A DNA stretch of 64,000 nucleotides from Bdellovibrionota bacterium (lineage in GTDB: Bacteria > Bdellovibrionota_C > UBA2361). The notes beneath the pieces were generated by a model. It was not told where the DNA came from, searched no databases, and was given only the letters and a program-made list of their open reading frames with translations. A program made the position numbers and the translations under genes. Below are positions 18,753-28,809 of the stretch, in pieces (position 1 is the stretch's first letter; each line of letters starts with the position of its first letter). The stretch spans positions 1 through 64,000 of the forward strand of contig JBILDU010000002.1 in NCBI GenBank assembly GCA_044352465.1, read 5' to 3'.

Positions 18753-21700
18753 GTGTCCGATCGCTTCCTCAAACGTCTCCGTGAAAAAGTTCTCGTCTTC
18801 GACGGGGCGATGGGTACAACCATCCAGGCGCGCAACCTTAACCCCGATGATTTCGGCGGGCTCGATGGTTGTAACGAGAACCTCGTTATCACCCGTCCGG
18901 AGATCGTTAAGGATATTCACGCGACTTTTTTCGATGTCGGCGCTGATGTCGTCGAAACAAACACTTTTGGCTCCTCGGCGGTCGTCCTCGCGGAGTATGG
19001 AATTGGGGAGCAAAGCTACGTGATATCGAAGCGAGCGGCGGAGCTCGCGAAATCGGTCGCTAATGATTTCTCCTCGGGGGCGTGGCCCCGTTTCGTCGCC
19101 GGCTCTGTCGGGCCAACGACGAAGCTCGTGACGTTGGGTCATACGACTTTCGATGAGATGCATGCGAGCTATCTTCCCCAGATGCTGGGACTACTCGACG
19201 GAGGGGTCGATCTGATTCAGATCGAGACGTGCCAAGATATCTTGCAAGTAAAGTGCGCCGTCATCGCCGCGGTCGATGCGATGAAGAAAGTTGGTCGGCG
19301 GGTGCCGATAATCGCCACCATGACCATCGAGACCACCGGCACGATGCTCCTCGGGACTGAGATGGCGGCGGCGCTGGTTGTGCTTGAGACCTTGCCCCTT
19401 GATGGCGTGGGGCTTAACTGCGCGACCGGTCCCGATATGATGGAGGAGAACGTCCGTTTTCTCGGGAAGACGAGCTCTCGTCCGATTGCGGTGTTGCCGA
19501 ATGCGGGCCTGCCTCGAAACGTCGAGGGGCAAGCCGTCTACGATCTCACCCCGCAAGATTTCGCCGATCACCAAGAGATCTTTGTGCGTGATTACGGCGT
19601 TTCGATGGTTGGGGGATGTTGCGGGACGACCCCGAAGCATATTCAAGCCCTCTTCGAGCGGGTAGGTGGGTTATCGCCTCAAGATCGTCCGCACGACTTC
19701 GCTTCGCACGTGTCTTCAACTTACACGGCTGTGCCGCTCGATCAGGATGGCACATCTCCACTTATTGTGGGTGAGCGGTGTAATGCCAACGGCTCAAAGC
19801 AGTTTCGGGAGATGCTTCTCAAAGAGGATTGGGAAGGTATCGTTGAGATGGGCCGCAGCGAAGTCGACGAGGGAGCGCACGTGCTCGATGTCTGCACCGC
19901 CTATGTCGGTCGGGACGAGGTACGCGATATGCGCGAGGTGCTCTTTCGCTTCGCCCCGCAAGTGACCGCGCCGGTGATGATCGACTCGACCCAGCTTGAT
20001 GTTTTGGAAGCGGGCCTCAAACTTGTCGGCGGTCGGGCGATTATCAATTCGATTAACCTCGAAGATGGCGAGGGGAAATTTGATCGTATCTGTGAGCTCG
20101 CCGTGCGCTACGGTGCAGCTCTGATCGCCCTCACGATCGATGAGGAGGGGATGGCGAAAACGGCGGCGCGGAAGCTCGCCGTGGCAGAACGTATCCACAA
20201 ACTCGCTCACGAGCGTCACGGTATACCGTCGGAGGCGCTCATCTACGATCCGTTGACGTTTACGATCGGCTCCGGTGATGAGGATAGTCGAACCGCTGGA
20301 ATTGAGACCCTTGAGGGAATTAAGCTTATCAAAGCGCACATCCCGCGGGCTCGGACGATTCTAGGTCTGTCAAACGTGTCGTTTGGATTGAAGCCTTATC
20401 CGCGGCAGATCTTAAACTCGGTTTTTCTCAGCGAGGCGCTGAAGCTCGGTCTTGATGCGTGTATCGTCCACTCCAAGAAGATCCTGCCGATGCATAAAAT
20501 TGAGCCGGAAATCGCCGCGCTCACCCTCGATCTTATCTACGATCGGCGTCGAGAGGGATACGATCCGCTGTTCGTATTCATTGAGAAGCTTCAGGGAGCA
20601 AAAGGGGCTGCAAGCGAGGGGGACGAATCCGATGATACCCCGATCGAGGAGGTCCTCAAGCGCCGGATCATCGATGGAAAGAAGACCGGTATCGAAGTGG
20701 TGCTCGACCGGGCGCTCACGACCTATGACCCTCTGACGATCATCAATTCGATCCTCCTTGAAGGGATGAAGACGGTCGGCGACCTCTTCGGAGCGGGGGA
20801 GATGCAGCTTCCTTTCGTGCTCCAATCTGCGGAGACGATGAAAAAAGCGGTCGCGCATCTTCAGCAGTTTATGGATAAGTCCGCCGGGCCGTTAAAGGGG
20901 TGTCTCGTCATCGCGACGGTGAAAGGTGACGTGCACGATATCGGAAAGAATCTTGTCGATATTATCCTCTCAAATAACGGTTATAAGGTCGTCAATCTCG
21001 GCATTAAGCAGCCCCTTGAGGCGATTCTCCAAGCTGCTGAGGAGCACAAGCCCCACGCCATCGGGATGTCGGGTCTTCTGGTGAAATCGACCCTCGTCAT
21101 GAAGGAGAATCTCGAGCAGATGGCGGCGCGAGGGATGACGATTCCGGTTATCTGTGGTGGGGCGGCGCTCAATCGAGCGTACGTCGAGGTCGATCTACGT
21201 CAAGCGTATCCAACCGGGCAGGTGTTTTATGGCGCTGACGCGTTCACCGGGCTCCAGTTGATGGATGAGCTGACCGGTCAGGTCGTCGATAAGAAATTGA
21301 CGACGAAGAACGATGAGAATGCGCGCCGGCGGGGCGAGATGCGGGTTGAGCGGGAAGCACGCATCGCCGAAAAGGCGAATGAGTATGCCCCGAGTGGTAT
21401 TCGCGTTTTGCCACCCGAAGAGATCCCAACACCACCTTTTTGGGGGTATCGGCATCTCGATTCGGCGGCGCTCAATCTCCGCGAGATATTCGCGTTTATC
21501 AATAAAAAAGCCCTTTTCGCGAATCAATGGATGTACCGACGAGGCAAGAAGTCGACGGCTGAGTACCGGGCATTTATACGTGATCATGTTGAGCCAACGT
21601 TCCAAGAGTGGTGCCAGCGTACGATCGAGCGGGAATGGCTCAAGCCGCGGATCGCCTACGGTTATTTTCCGTGTCAAAGTGAGCGGAATGACCTGATTAT

Positions 21701-22223
21701 CTTCGCTCCGGATGATCACACCCACGAGGTTTGTCGCATCTCTTTCCCGCGTCAGGTCTCCGATCAGCGGCGGTGTCTTGCTGACTACTTCCTGCCCCGC
21801 TCAAGTGGGCGAAAAGATGTGGTCGCATTTCACGTCGTCACCGCTGGAGCCCTCGCCTCAGAGAAGTGTCGGGAGCTTTTTAAAGCTGACGAATACTCGG
21901 ACTACCTCCACTTTTACGGTCTTTCGGTTGAGACAGCTGAGGCGCTGGCGGAGTATTGGCACAAGCGTATACGGCAGGAACTGGGGATCGCCGGGCAAGA
22001 TGGACTCACCATTGAGTCGCTTTTTCGGCAAACCTACCACGGTGAGCGGTATAGCTTTGGCTATCCGGCGTGTCCGAACGTCGAGGATCAGCGGTATATC
22101 TTCGATCTTATCCGCCCAGACGAAATCGGTGTCGAGCTAAGCTCGGAGTTCCAACTTGTGCCCGAGCAGTCCACCTCAGCGATTATCGTGCACCATCCCG
22201 ATGCATGCTATTACGCCATTTAG
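18753..22223 (+). CDS. metH: Cobalamin-dependent methionine synthase
   Basis: DGAMGT, GLNCA, GGCCGT, GDVHDIGKN, SFGYPACP. Confidence 0.98.
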   Translation: MSDRFLKRLREKVLVFDGAMGTTIQARNLNPDDFGGLDGCNENLVITRPEIVKDIHATFFDVGADVVETNTFGSSAVVLAEYGIGEQSYVISKRAAELAKSVANDFSSGAWPRFVAGSVGPTTKLVTLGHTTFDEMHASYLPQMLGLLDGGVDLIQIETCQDILQVKCAVIAAVDAMKKVGRRVPIIATMTIETTGTMLLGTEMAAALVVLETLPLDGVGLNCATGPDMMEENVRFLGKTSSRPIAVLPNAGLPRNVEGQAVYDLTPQDFADHQEIFVRDYGVSMVGGCCGTTPKHIQALFERVGGLSPQDRPHDFASHVSSTYTAVPLDQDGTSPLIVGERCNANGSKQFREMLLKEDWEGIVEMGRSEVDEGAHVLDVCTAYVGRDEVRDMREVLFRFAPQVTAPVMIDSTQLDVLEAGLKLVGGRAIINSINLEDGEGKFDRICELAVRYGAALIALTIDEEGMAKTAARKLAVAERIHKLAHERHGIPSEALIYDPLTFTIGSGDEDSRTAGIETLEGIKLIKAHIPRARTILGLSNVSFGLKPYPRQILNSVFLSEALKLGLDACIVHSKKILPMHKIEPEIAALTLDLIYDRRREGYDPLFVFIEKLQGAKGAASEGDESDDTPIEEVLKRRIIDGKKTGIEVVLDRALTTYDPLTIINSILLEGMKTVGDLFGAGEMQLPFVLQSAETMKKAVAHLQQFMDKSAGPLKGCLVIATVKGDVHDIGKNLVDIILSNNGYKVVNLGIKQPLEAILQAAEEHKPHAIGMSGLLVKSTLVMKENLEQMAARGMTIPVICGGAALNRAYVEVDLRQAYPTGQVFYGADAFTGLQLMDELTGQVVDKKLTTKNDENARRRGEMRVEREARIAEKANEYAPSGIRVLPPEEIPTPPFWGYRHLDSAALNLREIFAFINKKALFANQWMYRRGKKSTAEYRAFIRDHVEPTFQEWCQRTIEREWLKPRIAYGYFPCQSERNDLIIFAPDDHTHEVCRISFPRQVSDQRRCLADYFLPRSSGRKDVVAFHVVTAGALASEKCRELFKADEYSDYLHFYGLSVETAEALAEYWHKRIRQELGIAGQDGLTIESLFRQTYHGERYSFGYPACPNVEDQRYIFDLIRPDEIGVELSSEFQLVPEQSTSAIIVHHPDACYYAI

Positions 22224-22569
22224 AGAGACGCTGACCCTGGCGCTCGCTCCATTCGGAGCGCCCCAAAGCGCCGATACTTACGGCGGCGTGCAGGGGGGGC
22301 CGTGACGAGTCACGGTCTATTTTGGAGGTGGCCTCCGGCTTGCGGTTCGTAACCGTTGTTCAGCCTGAAAGTTTTTTACTCGGGAAAACGGTGGTATAAG
22401 TGTCAACGAACGGTCCGCTTTGCCCTTCCGGGAAAAAGTGTACACGGAGTGGGTTTTCATCGAGCAGATGGTGTGGCAGTGAAAAAAGTCTCTGAGCGAA
22501 AAATGACGACGGCTATGAGCGGAAACTCGCTGGCAGGCCTTTGTGTTCGCTCCAACCGATAGGTCTCTT

Positions 22570-23655
22570 ATGCGCGTGCTCGTCGTTGGGACCCTGATCG
22601 ATCGGGTCGAACGGGGCCTCTTTGAGGGCTTATGCGAGAAAGGGTTTGCCCTCGAGCTCGTTTGCGCTGAGCAATCACCGAATCTTGAAGCGCTACGAGC
22701 GCGGAATGTGCCGATCGCCTATCAGACGATGCGGAGTAAGTTCGATCGCCAGGCGATTCGGTTCTTACGGGAAAAACTCGCCGCTGAGCGTTTTGATGTT
22801 GTATATGCGTTGACGGCGCGGGCGCTCACCACCGTATTGTGGGCGACGCGGGGGACCACTCAGCGAGTGGTGACCTATCGGGGGACGGTCGGACATCTGA
22901 GCCGGCTCGATCCGACCTCATATCTCGGCTTTTTGAACCCCCGTATCGAGCGAATTATTTGTGTCTCTCAAGCAGTTGAGCGCTACCTTCTTTCGAAAGG
23001 TGTCGCCGCAAACCGACTGGTGACGATATATAAAGGCCACGATCCGGTGTGGTACAGCGGCGGAGAGTCGGTTGACCTCAGTCAGTTTGGTATTCCCCCC
23101 GGGGCCCCGGTCGTGGGCTGTACCGCTAATATGCGTCCGGTGAAAGGAGTTGATATCCTTGTACGAGCCTTTGGCCTCCTCAAAGGGTCGAACCCGGCCC
23201 ACCTTTTGCTGATCGGAGAGGTCCGCGATAAAAGGCTCAGTCGATTGGTGGAGAGTCTGGGGATCGGAGACCGGGTTCACTTCACCGGATATCGCGCCGA
23301 TGCCCCCCAAATCGTGCGTTCGTGTCAGGTGTTTGTGATGCCGTCGCGGGCCCGTGAGGGGTTACCGAAAGCGGTGATTGAGGCGATGAGCCAGGGCGTT
23401 CCGCCTATCGTGACCGCGGTGGGAGGGATGCCGGAGCTTGTGGCTGATGGTCTCTCGGGACTCGTTGTTCCGCCGAGCGATGTGCGTGCGCTGGCGGAGG
23501 CCATCGAGCGGTTGGTCCGAGACGACGAGTTCCGGACCCGTTTGGGGGCAGGCGCCTCTGCTCGAATCAAAGGAGAGTTCTCGATCGCCCGGACGATCGA
23601 GGCGACGGCACGGGTACTTCAGGGGCTCGCTCCAGGTTCTGCGGGGGCCCCCTAG
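22570..23655 (+). CDS. GT4-family glycosyltransferase
   Basis: KGVD, FVMPS..EGLPKAVIEAM..G.P; likely start MRVLVVG. Confidence 0.92.
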   Translation: MRVLVVGTLIDRVERGLFEGLCEKGFALELVCAEQSPNLEALRARNVPIAYQTMRSKFDRQAIRFLREKLAAERFDVVYALTARALTTVLWATRGTTQRVVTYRGTVGHLSRLDPTSYLGFLNPRIERIICVSQAVERYLLSKGVAANRLVTIYKGHDPVWYSGGESVDLSQFGIPPGAPVVGCTANMRPVKGVDILVRAFGLLKGSNPAHLLLIGEVRDKRLSRLVESLGIGDRVHFTGYRADAPQIVRSCQVFVMPSRAREGLPKAVIEAMSQGVPPIVTAVGGMPELVADGLSGLVVPPSDVRALAEAIERLVRDDEFRTRLGAGASARIKGEFSIARTIEATARVLQGLAPGSAGAP

Positions 23656-23758
23656 CACCTGAGTAAAACATCGCTCAATATCCGCACGAACAAGCACCGA
23701 CGAGTCTGCAGCAAGCAAAGGCAGTTCTTTTTTCGTAAACCTGTTAGAGTAAACGACG

Positions 23759-25564
23759 ATGCCACCAACGCCCCTCATAAGTGCTCAAAAAGTTACCAAG
23801 ATCTTTGGTATACGCCCTCTCTTTACCGATATCTCGGTCGCGGTGAGTGAGGGGGAGCGGGTCGGCGTTGTCGGTCCGAACGGCTCGGGAAAATCCACCT
23901 TGTTACGGATTTTAGCGGGACTTGAGGAGCCGGATGAAGGGGATGTGGCGCTGCGCAAAGATCTTGCAGTGCGGTACGTGGCGCAGGAAGATCGTTTCCC
24001 TGATGGTTCGACCGTTGAAAGTGTGTTGCGCGAAGCCGTGCCAACCCACGAAGGTAATCCCGATGGTCGCGTTGCTGAGGCGTGCGGCATCGCGGGGTTT
24101 ACGGAGCGGAATGCTCTTACCGCAGAGCTTTCCGGTGGCCAGCGAAAGCGGCTGGCTATTGCGGCAGCGCTTGTCAGTAGCCCAGAGCTCCTCCTCCTCG
24201 ATGAGCCGACTAACCATCTCGATATTGCGGGGGTCGAGTGGCTCGAGGGGGTTCTGCAAAAGGGAAATTTTGCAGCGGTATTTATCTCCCACGATCGGTA
24301 TTTCATCGAGAACGTTGCGGCGCGTGTCCTCGAGATCGATCGGCGGTATCCGGGGGGATTCTTTTCGGTCACCGGTACGTACAGCGAGTTTCTGGAGAAT
24401 CGCGCCGTTTTCCTTGAGCAGCGCGAGCAGTATCAGGCCTCCCTGGCGAATAAGGTCCGACGAGAAGTTGAGTGGCTTCGTCGGGGTGCGAAGGCGCGAA
24501 CGACGAAAGCAAAAGGACGGATCGATCGCGCGGGTGACCTGATCGCCGAGCTGAAAGGTTTCGAGCCGAATGCTCGCACCGCCGGGATCGCGTTTAGTGG
24601 TTCAGAGCGAAAGACTCAAGAGCTGATTCGAGTTGAGGGTATTACGAAGCGTTTGGGGGAGAGGGTCCTTTTCGAAGACGTGACGGTGACGCTCGCACCC
24701 GGCACACGCCTCGGAGTTGTCGGGAATAACGGCTCGGGGAAGACCACTTTTTTGAACACGCTCTTGGGGAAACTTTCCCCCGATAACGGACGCGTGGTGC
24801 AAGCGCCCCGATTGAAAATCGCTGTTCTCGATCAGAGGCGCTCAGCTCTCAGTCTCGATCAGAAGCTCCAGGAGCTTTTTTGTCGCTCCGGTGATTCGGT
24901 GGTCTTTCAAGGGCGGGAGTATCACGCTTCCGCATGGGCCCGGCGCTTCCTCTTTCGACCGGAGCAGTTAAAGCTTCCGGTGAGCGAGTTATCGGGGGGC
25001 GAGCGCGCGCGGGCGCTGATCGCTCGGCTGATGCTTGAGCCGGCCGATATCTTGGTGCTCGATGAGCCGACGAACGATCTCGATATCCCGACGCTTGAAG
25101 TTCTGGAGGAAGCGCTCGATGAGTTTTCGGGGGCGGTCGTGTTGGTGACCCACGACCGTTATCTGCTCGATCGGGTTGCGTCAACCGTGGTGGGACTCAC
25201 CGAGATCCCCGGGAAACGCTCCCTCCTCTATGCCGATTACCACCAATGGGTCGCCGTCGTTGAGGGGGCAACCGGGGGGAAAGACGCGAAGAAGAGCGCT
25301 CCACTCGATGTGCGGGAGGGTGCTCTGCGGCCCGAGTCTAAGAAACTTTCTTACATGGAGCACCGGGAGCTCAAGGCTATCGAGGGAAAGATAGAGGCGG
25401 CGGAGAAGAAGGTGGTTGAGCTTCAAGCGAGCCTCACACGAGCGGAGGTCGTCTCCGATGGGTTAAAGTTACAGGCGCAATGTAAACTGCTCGCCGAGGC
25501 CCAAGCGGAGGTGGAGACGCTGTTTGGTCGGTGGGCCGAGCTTGATAGTCGATCGAAGAAGTGA
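23759..25564 (+). CDS. uup: ABC-F ATPase, Uup type
   Basis: Two ABC cassettes (GPNGSGKS, GNNGSGKT, LSGG, DEPTN), EVEWLRRGAKARTTK linker, C-terminal coiled coil ending RWAEL. Confidence 0.92.
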   Translation: MPPTPLISAQKVTKIFGIRPLFTDISVAVSEGERVGVVGPNGSGKSTLLRILAGLEEPDEGDVALRKDLAVRYVAQEDRFPDGSTVESVLREAVPTHEGNPDGRVAEACGIAGFTERNALTAELSGGQRKRLAIAAALVSSPELLLLDEPTNHLDIAGVEWLEGVLQKGNFAAVFISHDRYFIENVAARVLEIDRRYPGGFFSVTGTYSEFLENRAVFLEQREQYQASLANKVRREVEWLRRGAKARTTKAKGRIDRAGDLIAELKGFEPNARTAGIAFSGSERKTQELIRVEGITKRLGERVLFEDVTVTLAPGTRLGVVGNNGSGKTTFLNTLLGKLSPDNGRVVQAPRLKIAVLDQRRSALSLDQKLQELFCRSGDSVVFQGREYHASAWARRFLFRPEQLKLPVSELSGGERARALIARLMLEPADILVLDEPTNDLDIPTLEVLEEALDEFSGAVVLVTHDRYLLDRVASTVVGLTEIPGKRSLLYADYHQWVAVVEGATGGKDAKKSAPLDVREGALRPESKKLSYMEHRELKAIEGKIEAAEKKVVELQASLTRAEVVSDGLKLQAQCKLLAEAQAEVETLFGRWAELDSRSKK

Positions 25565-25839
25565 ACCAAAAAAATAGTTCCCTATCTACTCAGGGATTTC
25601 ATCCCTTTCCCACCGCTGAGAGGGTGTAAGAGGGATCCAACCTGCCCGCCTCAAAAGGTTTGTTTAGGTCCGAGTGATGTGGGTGAAAGATGAGCTACGA
25701 GAAACCCGGAGCTCGTGCTCATAATCGCTATGATTTGTCATCAGTTAGCAATAATTTCCGCCCCGAATCGTTACCTTTAGAGTCCAACGAGACGACACAC
25801 CTTAGCCGGTAAAGCCTGGGTATTTCGACGGTAGGTGGG

Positions 25840-28665
25840 GTGGTTTCCAATCTTTCGACACGGTCGTTTGTAGGACGATTTTCGTGCGCGCTTCGATCGG
25901 CGGTGGTTTTCTTACAAGCTCTCTTCCTTCTCCTTTCCACGGTCTTTTGTGCTTCAGCTTTTTCGGATGATGAGTCGCGTCTCTGCGAAAATAATGAGTT
26001 GTTGGTAGAGTTCTCTGCCCATGCGCTCGCCAGGACCTTAACGAGTGGGACTTTTCGGGAGCATCTCCGCGCGGAGGAATTCGTGGGCTCGCGGAATGAG
26101 CGGATTGAGAAGGCTAAAAATTTTCTCTTAGATAACCTTGCGGCGGTTGATCTGTCGATGAATGAGGAGCTCAAGCTCGGTCCAACCGTGGCGCTAGTTT
26201 CGGCCGAAGATGTCGGCGAAGCCAGCTCGCTCCACGAGCTTCGTCAGGTTGTCCGCCGAGATAACCGGGCGATACGTGATTTTGAGTGTAATAATCCGGT
26301 CGCTCTCTTTGCTCGACCCAACGACCCTTTCTACGACAACCTGTGGGGCGTGCAAGCGGTTCCGGGAATAGAGGCTGAGCGTCCGTGGGATAGCTCCACG
26401 GGAGATATCACACAGGCGGTCGCGGTGATCGATACCGGTATCGACTATACCCATCCTGACCTCGCGGCGAATATGTGGCGTAATCCAAGAGAGGTTTCGG
26501 GTAACGGAATCGACGACGATCGAAATGGGTACATCGATGATATTCATGGTGCCGACCTGGTCAATATCGATGGAGATCCGCTGGACGACCATAGCCACGG
26601 TACCCACGTTGCGGGGACTATTGGGGCGGTCGGCAATAATAGGATCGGAATCGCCGGTGTTAATTGGCAAGCAAACCTTATCGGCGTCAAGGTGCTGAGC
26701 GCCTCGGGGCGGGGGTATGACTCGCAGATTCTCGCCGGGATCAACTACGTGATCGGACTTCGTCAGAGTGGGGTAAACGTCCGGGTTATCAATATGTCGC
26801 TGGGAGGACCGTATCCGAACTCGATGATCAAAGCCGCCATAGATCGTGCGGGCGAACTTGGGATCGTGGTCGTTGCTGCAGCCGGTAACAGCGCTCAAAA
26901 TATCGATCGTTCGCCGAGTTATCCAGCCGCGTATTCGAGTCCGAATATTATATCGGTAGCCGCGATTACGGGGAGTGGAAGACTTGCTTCATTCTCCAAC
27001 TACGGTACGACAAACGTCGACGTGGCTGCTCCAGGGGTAAATATTTTTAGCACCGTCCTCAATGGCGGATACGAATGGTACAACGGTACCTCGATGGCCG
27101 CTCCCCATGTTGCCGGTATGGCGACGTATCTTTTGGGGGTCAATCCGACTGTGTCGGTGGGCGATCTGGTCGCGACGATCGTGAACACCGGGGTGCCTCA
27201 GGCGAGTCTTACGGGGGTTGTCGGGTCGGGTAGGCTCGCCCATCTTCCGAACGCGGTCGAAGCTATTCGGAAAGTTGGACTCGCTATCAGTGGGCGGATT
27301 ACTCGAAGTAGTACGCCGCTCAGCGGTGTCCCGGTCAGCGCAGGACCGTTCGGAGCTACAACGACCGATACTGACGGAGTATACCGCCTTTTGAACATTC
27401 CGAACGGTGCGGCGGTAACGATAACACCGACTTTAAGCTGCACCGTATTCACGCCACCGTCGATCACCCGCACGGTAGACGGTACACCAATTACCGATGC
27501 GAATTTTACCGCAGCCACGGCGCAATACCAGCTCGGTGGGCGGGTAGTCGACGGAGCGGGGCGCCCGATCACTGGAGCTACGGTCGCGGTGGCTCTCAAC
27601 GCAGGAGCTCCCGCGCTGTTCACCTCAGGAAGTGATGGATCGTTCAGTGTCACGACGGCCTCGTGCGGTTCGAACTACACCGTGACCGTCTCCCGAGCGG
27701 GCTATGTTTTCCCGGCGGTGAGCGGTGCCTTGAACGGAACCGTATCCCTCACTCTCCAAGCTTACGACGGCAGTTTATACTCCATCTCGGGAGTTGTTCG
27801 GGACACCGCTGGAAGGGGGGTCGGTGGTGCGACGGTGGTAGCGACCTCACTGCGTGGCCTACCACCTTTCTCAACGCAGTCTGGGGCTGACGGGAGTTTC
27901 GTCATCAGCAACGTCTATTCGCCTGAGACCTATACCGTGTCGGCGGCTCGGTCGGGGTACCAATGCCTCAGCTCAGCTACCGTCGCGGTCAGTGGGGCGA
28001 ATGTGGTGGCGCGTATTCCTGATTGCATTCCTCCGCCAACGCCAACACCGACCCCGACTCCGACGCCGACCCCGACACGTACCCCGACCCCGACACCCAC
28101 GAGTACTCCCACCCCGACACCAACGCCGACGCCTACCCCAACACCGACGCCAACGCCCCTCCCTTCGATGCAATTCGTGAGTGTGCGCTTTGAGGGGGCC
28201 GCCGGACCACTCGTTGGGGCACGCGTTGTCGCTGAATGGAGCTCACGTTACGGCAACGAGCGAGGGAGGACGAAGTTTACCGATTCTCAGGGGCTGGTAC
28301 GCTACGATAATGTACCGGATGGAGCGCAGTTCACTGTGACCGCTCAAAAGAGTGGCCACGAGTTCGAGCGTATTACCGCCAGCGTCAACGGACCTATTCT
28401 CGTCACGGTCCGTGGAGCAATCAAGACGTTCAAGCTTGCGGGGCGGGTATGGGATCGGTTTGGCCGAAATGGAGTTCCTGGGGTGACGGTCACCGACGGG
28501 AACGGTGGGACAACGGTGACGAATGCGGTGGGTGAATTTGAGTTGTTCGCCCCCTATAATTCGAGGTATCGACTCGAAGCCACGAAGACGGGCGTTGGCT
28601 TTGGGAATATTCCCGAGGGGATGGTGTTAGGCACTGTCGATACAAATATTATGGCGATGCAGTAA
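25840..28665 (+). CDS. Secreted S8 (subtilisin-like) serine protease with carboxypeptidase-regulatory-like beta-sandwich repeats and PT linker
   Basis: Triad VIDTG / HGTHVAG / GTSMAAPHVAG; repeats of SG.V.D..G..V.GA.V. Confidence 0.93.
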   Translation: MVSNLSTRSFVGRFSCALRSAVVFLQALFLLLSTVFCASAFSDDESRLCENNELLVEFSAHALARTLTSGTFREHLRAEEFVGSRNERIEKAKNFLLDNLAAVDLSMNEELKLGPTVALVSAEDVGEASSLHELRQVVRRDNRAIRDFECNNPVALFARPNDPFYDNLWGVQAVPGIEAERPWDSSTGDITQAVAVIDTGIDYTHPDLAANMWRNPREVSGNGIDDDRNGYIDDIHGADLVNIDGDPLDDHSHGTHVAGTIGAVGNNRIGIAGVNWQANLIGVKVLSASGRGYDSQILAGINYVIGLRQSGVNVRVINMSLGGPYPNSMIKAAIDRAGELGIVVVAAAGNSAQNIDRSPSYPAAYSSPNIISVAAITGSGRLASFSNYGTTNVDVAAPGVNIFSTVLNGGYEWYNGTSMAAPHVAGMATYLLGVNPTVSVGDLVATIVNTGVPQASLTGVVGSGRLAHLPNAVEAIRKVGLAISGRITRSSTPLSGVPVSAGPFGATTTDTDGVYRLLNIPNGAAVTITPTLSCTVFTPPSITRTVDGTPITDANFTAATAQYQLGGRVVDGAGRPITGATVAVALNAGAPALFTSGSDGSFSVTTASCGSNYTVTVSRAGYVFPAVSGALNGTVSLTLQAYDGSLYSISGVVRDTAGRGVGGATVVATSLRGLPPFSTQSGADGSFVISNVYSPETYTVSAARSGYQCLSSATVAVSGANVVARIPDCIPPPTPTPTPTPTPTPTRTPTPTPTSTPTPTPTPTPTPTPTPTPLPSMQFVSVRFEGAAGPLVGARVVAEWSSRYGNERGRTKFTDSQGLVRYDNVPDGAQFTVTAQKSGHEFERITASVNGPILVTVRGAIKTFKLAGRVWDRFGRNGVPGVTVTDGNGGTTVTNAVGEFELFAPYNSRYRLEATKTGVGFGNIPEGMVLGTVDTNIMAMQ

Positions 28666-28809
28666 AAAGAGATGGGCAGCAAGCGGCGTAGACAGCAGAG
28701 TGACGTGACTGAAGGGCCAGCTCATACCGTGCCCAGAGAGTTCGTTCATCTGAGCGACGCGGGGAATAGGGTCTTGAGGAGCACCATTCGGGCTTGGGGC
28801 GAGTTAAAA

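Noticed and set aside
28030..28160. 6-bp periodic repeats (also ~3535-3670 and ~30880-31380)
   Set aside because: They encode Pro/Thr linkers with synonymous variation and are not DNA-level arrays.
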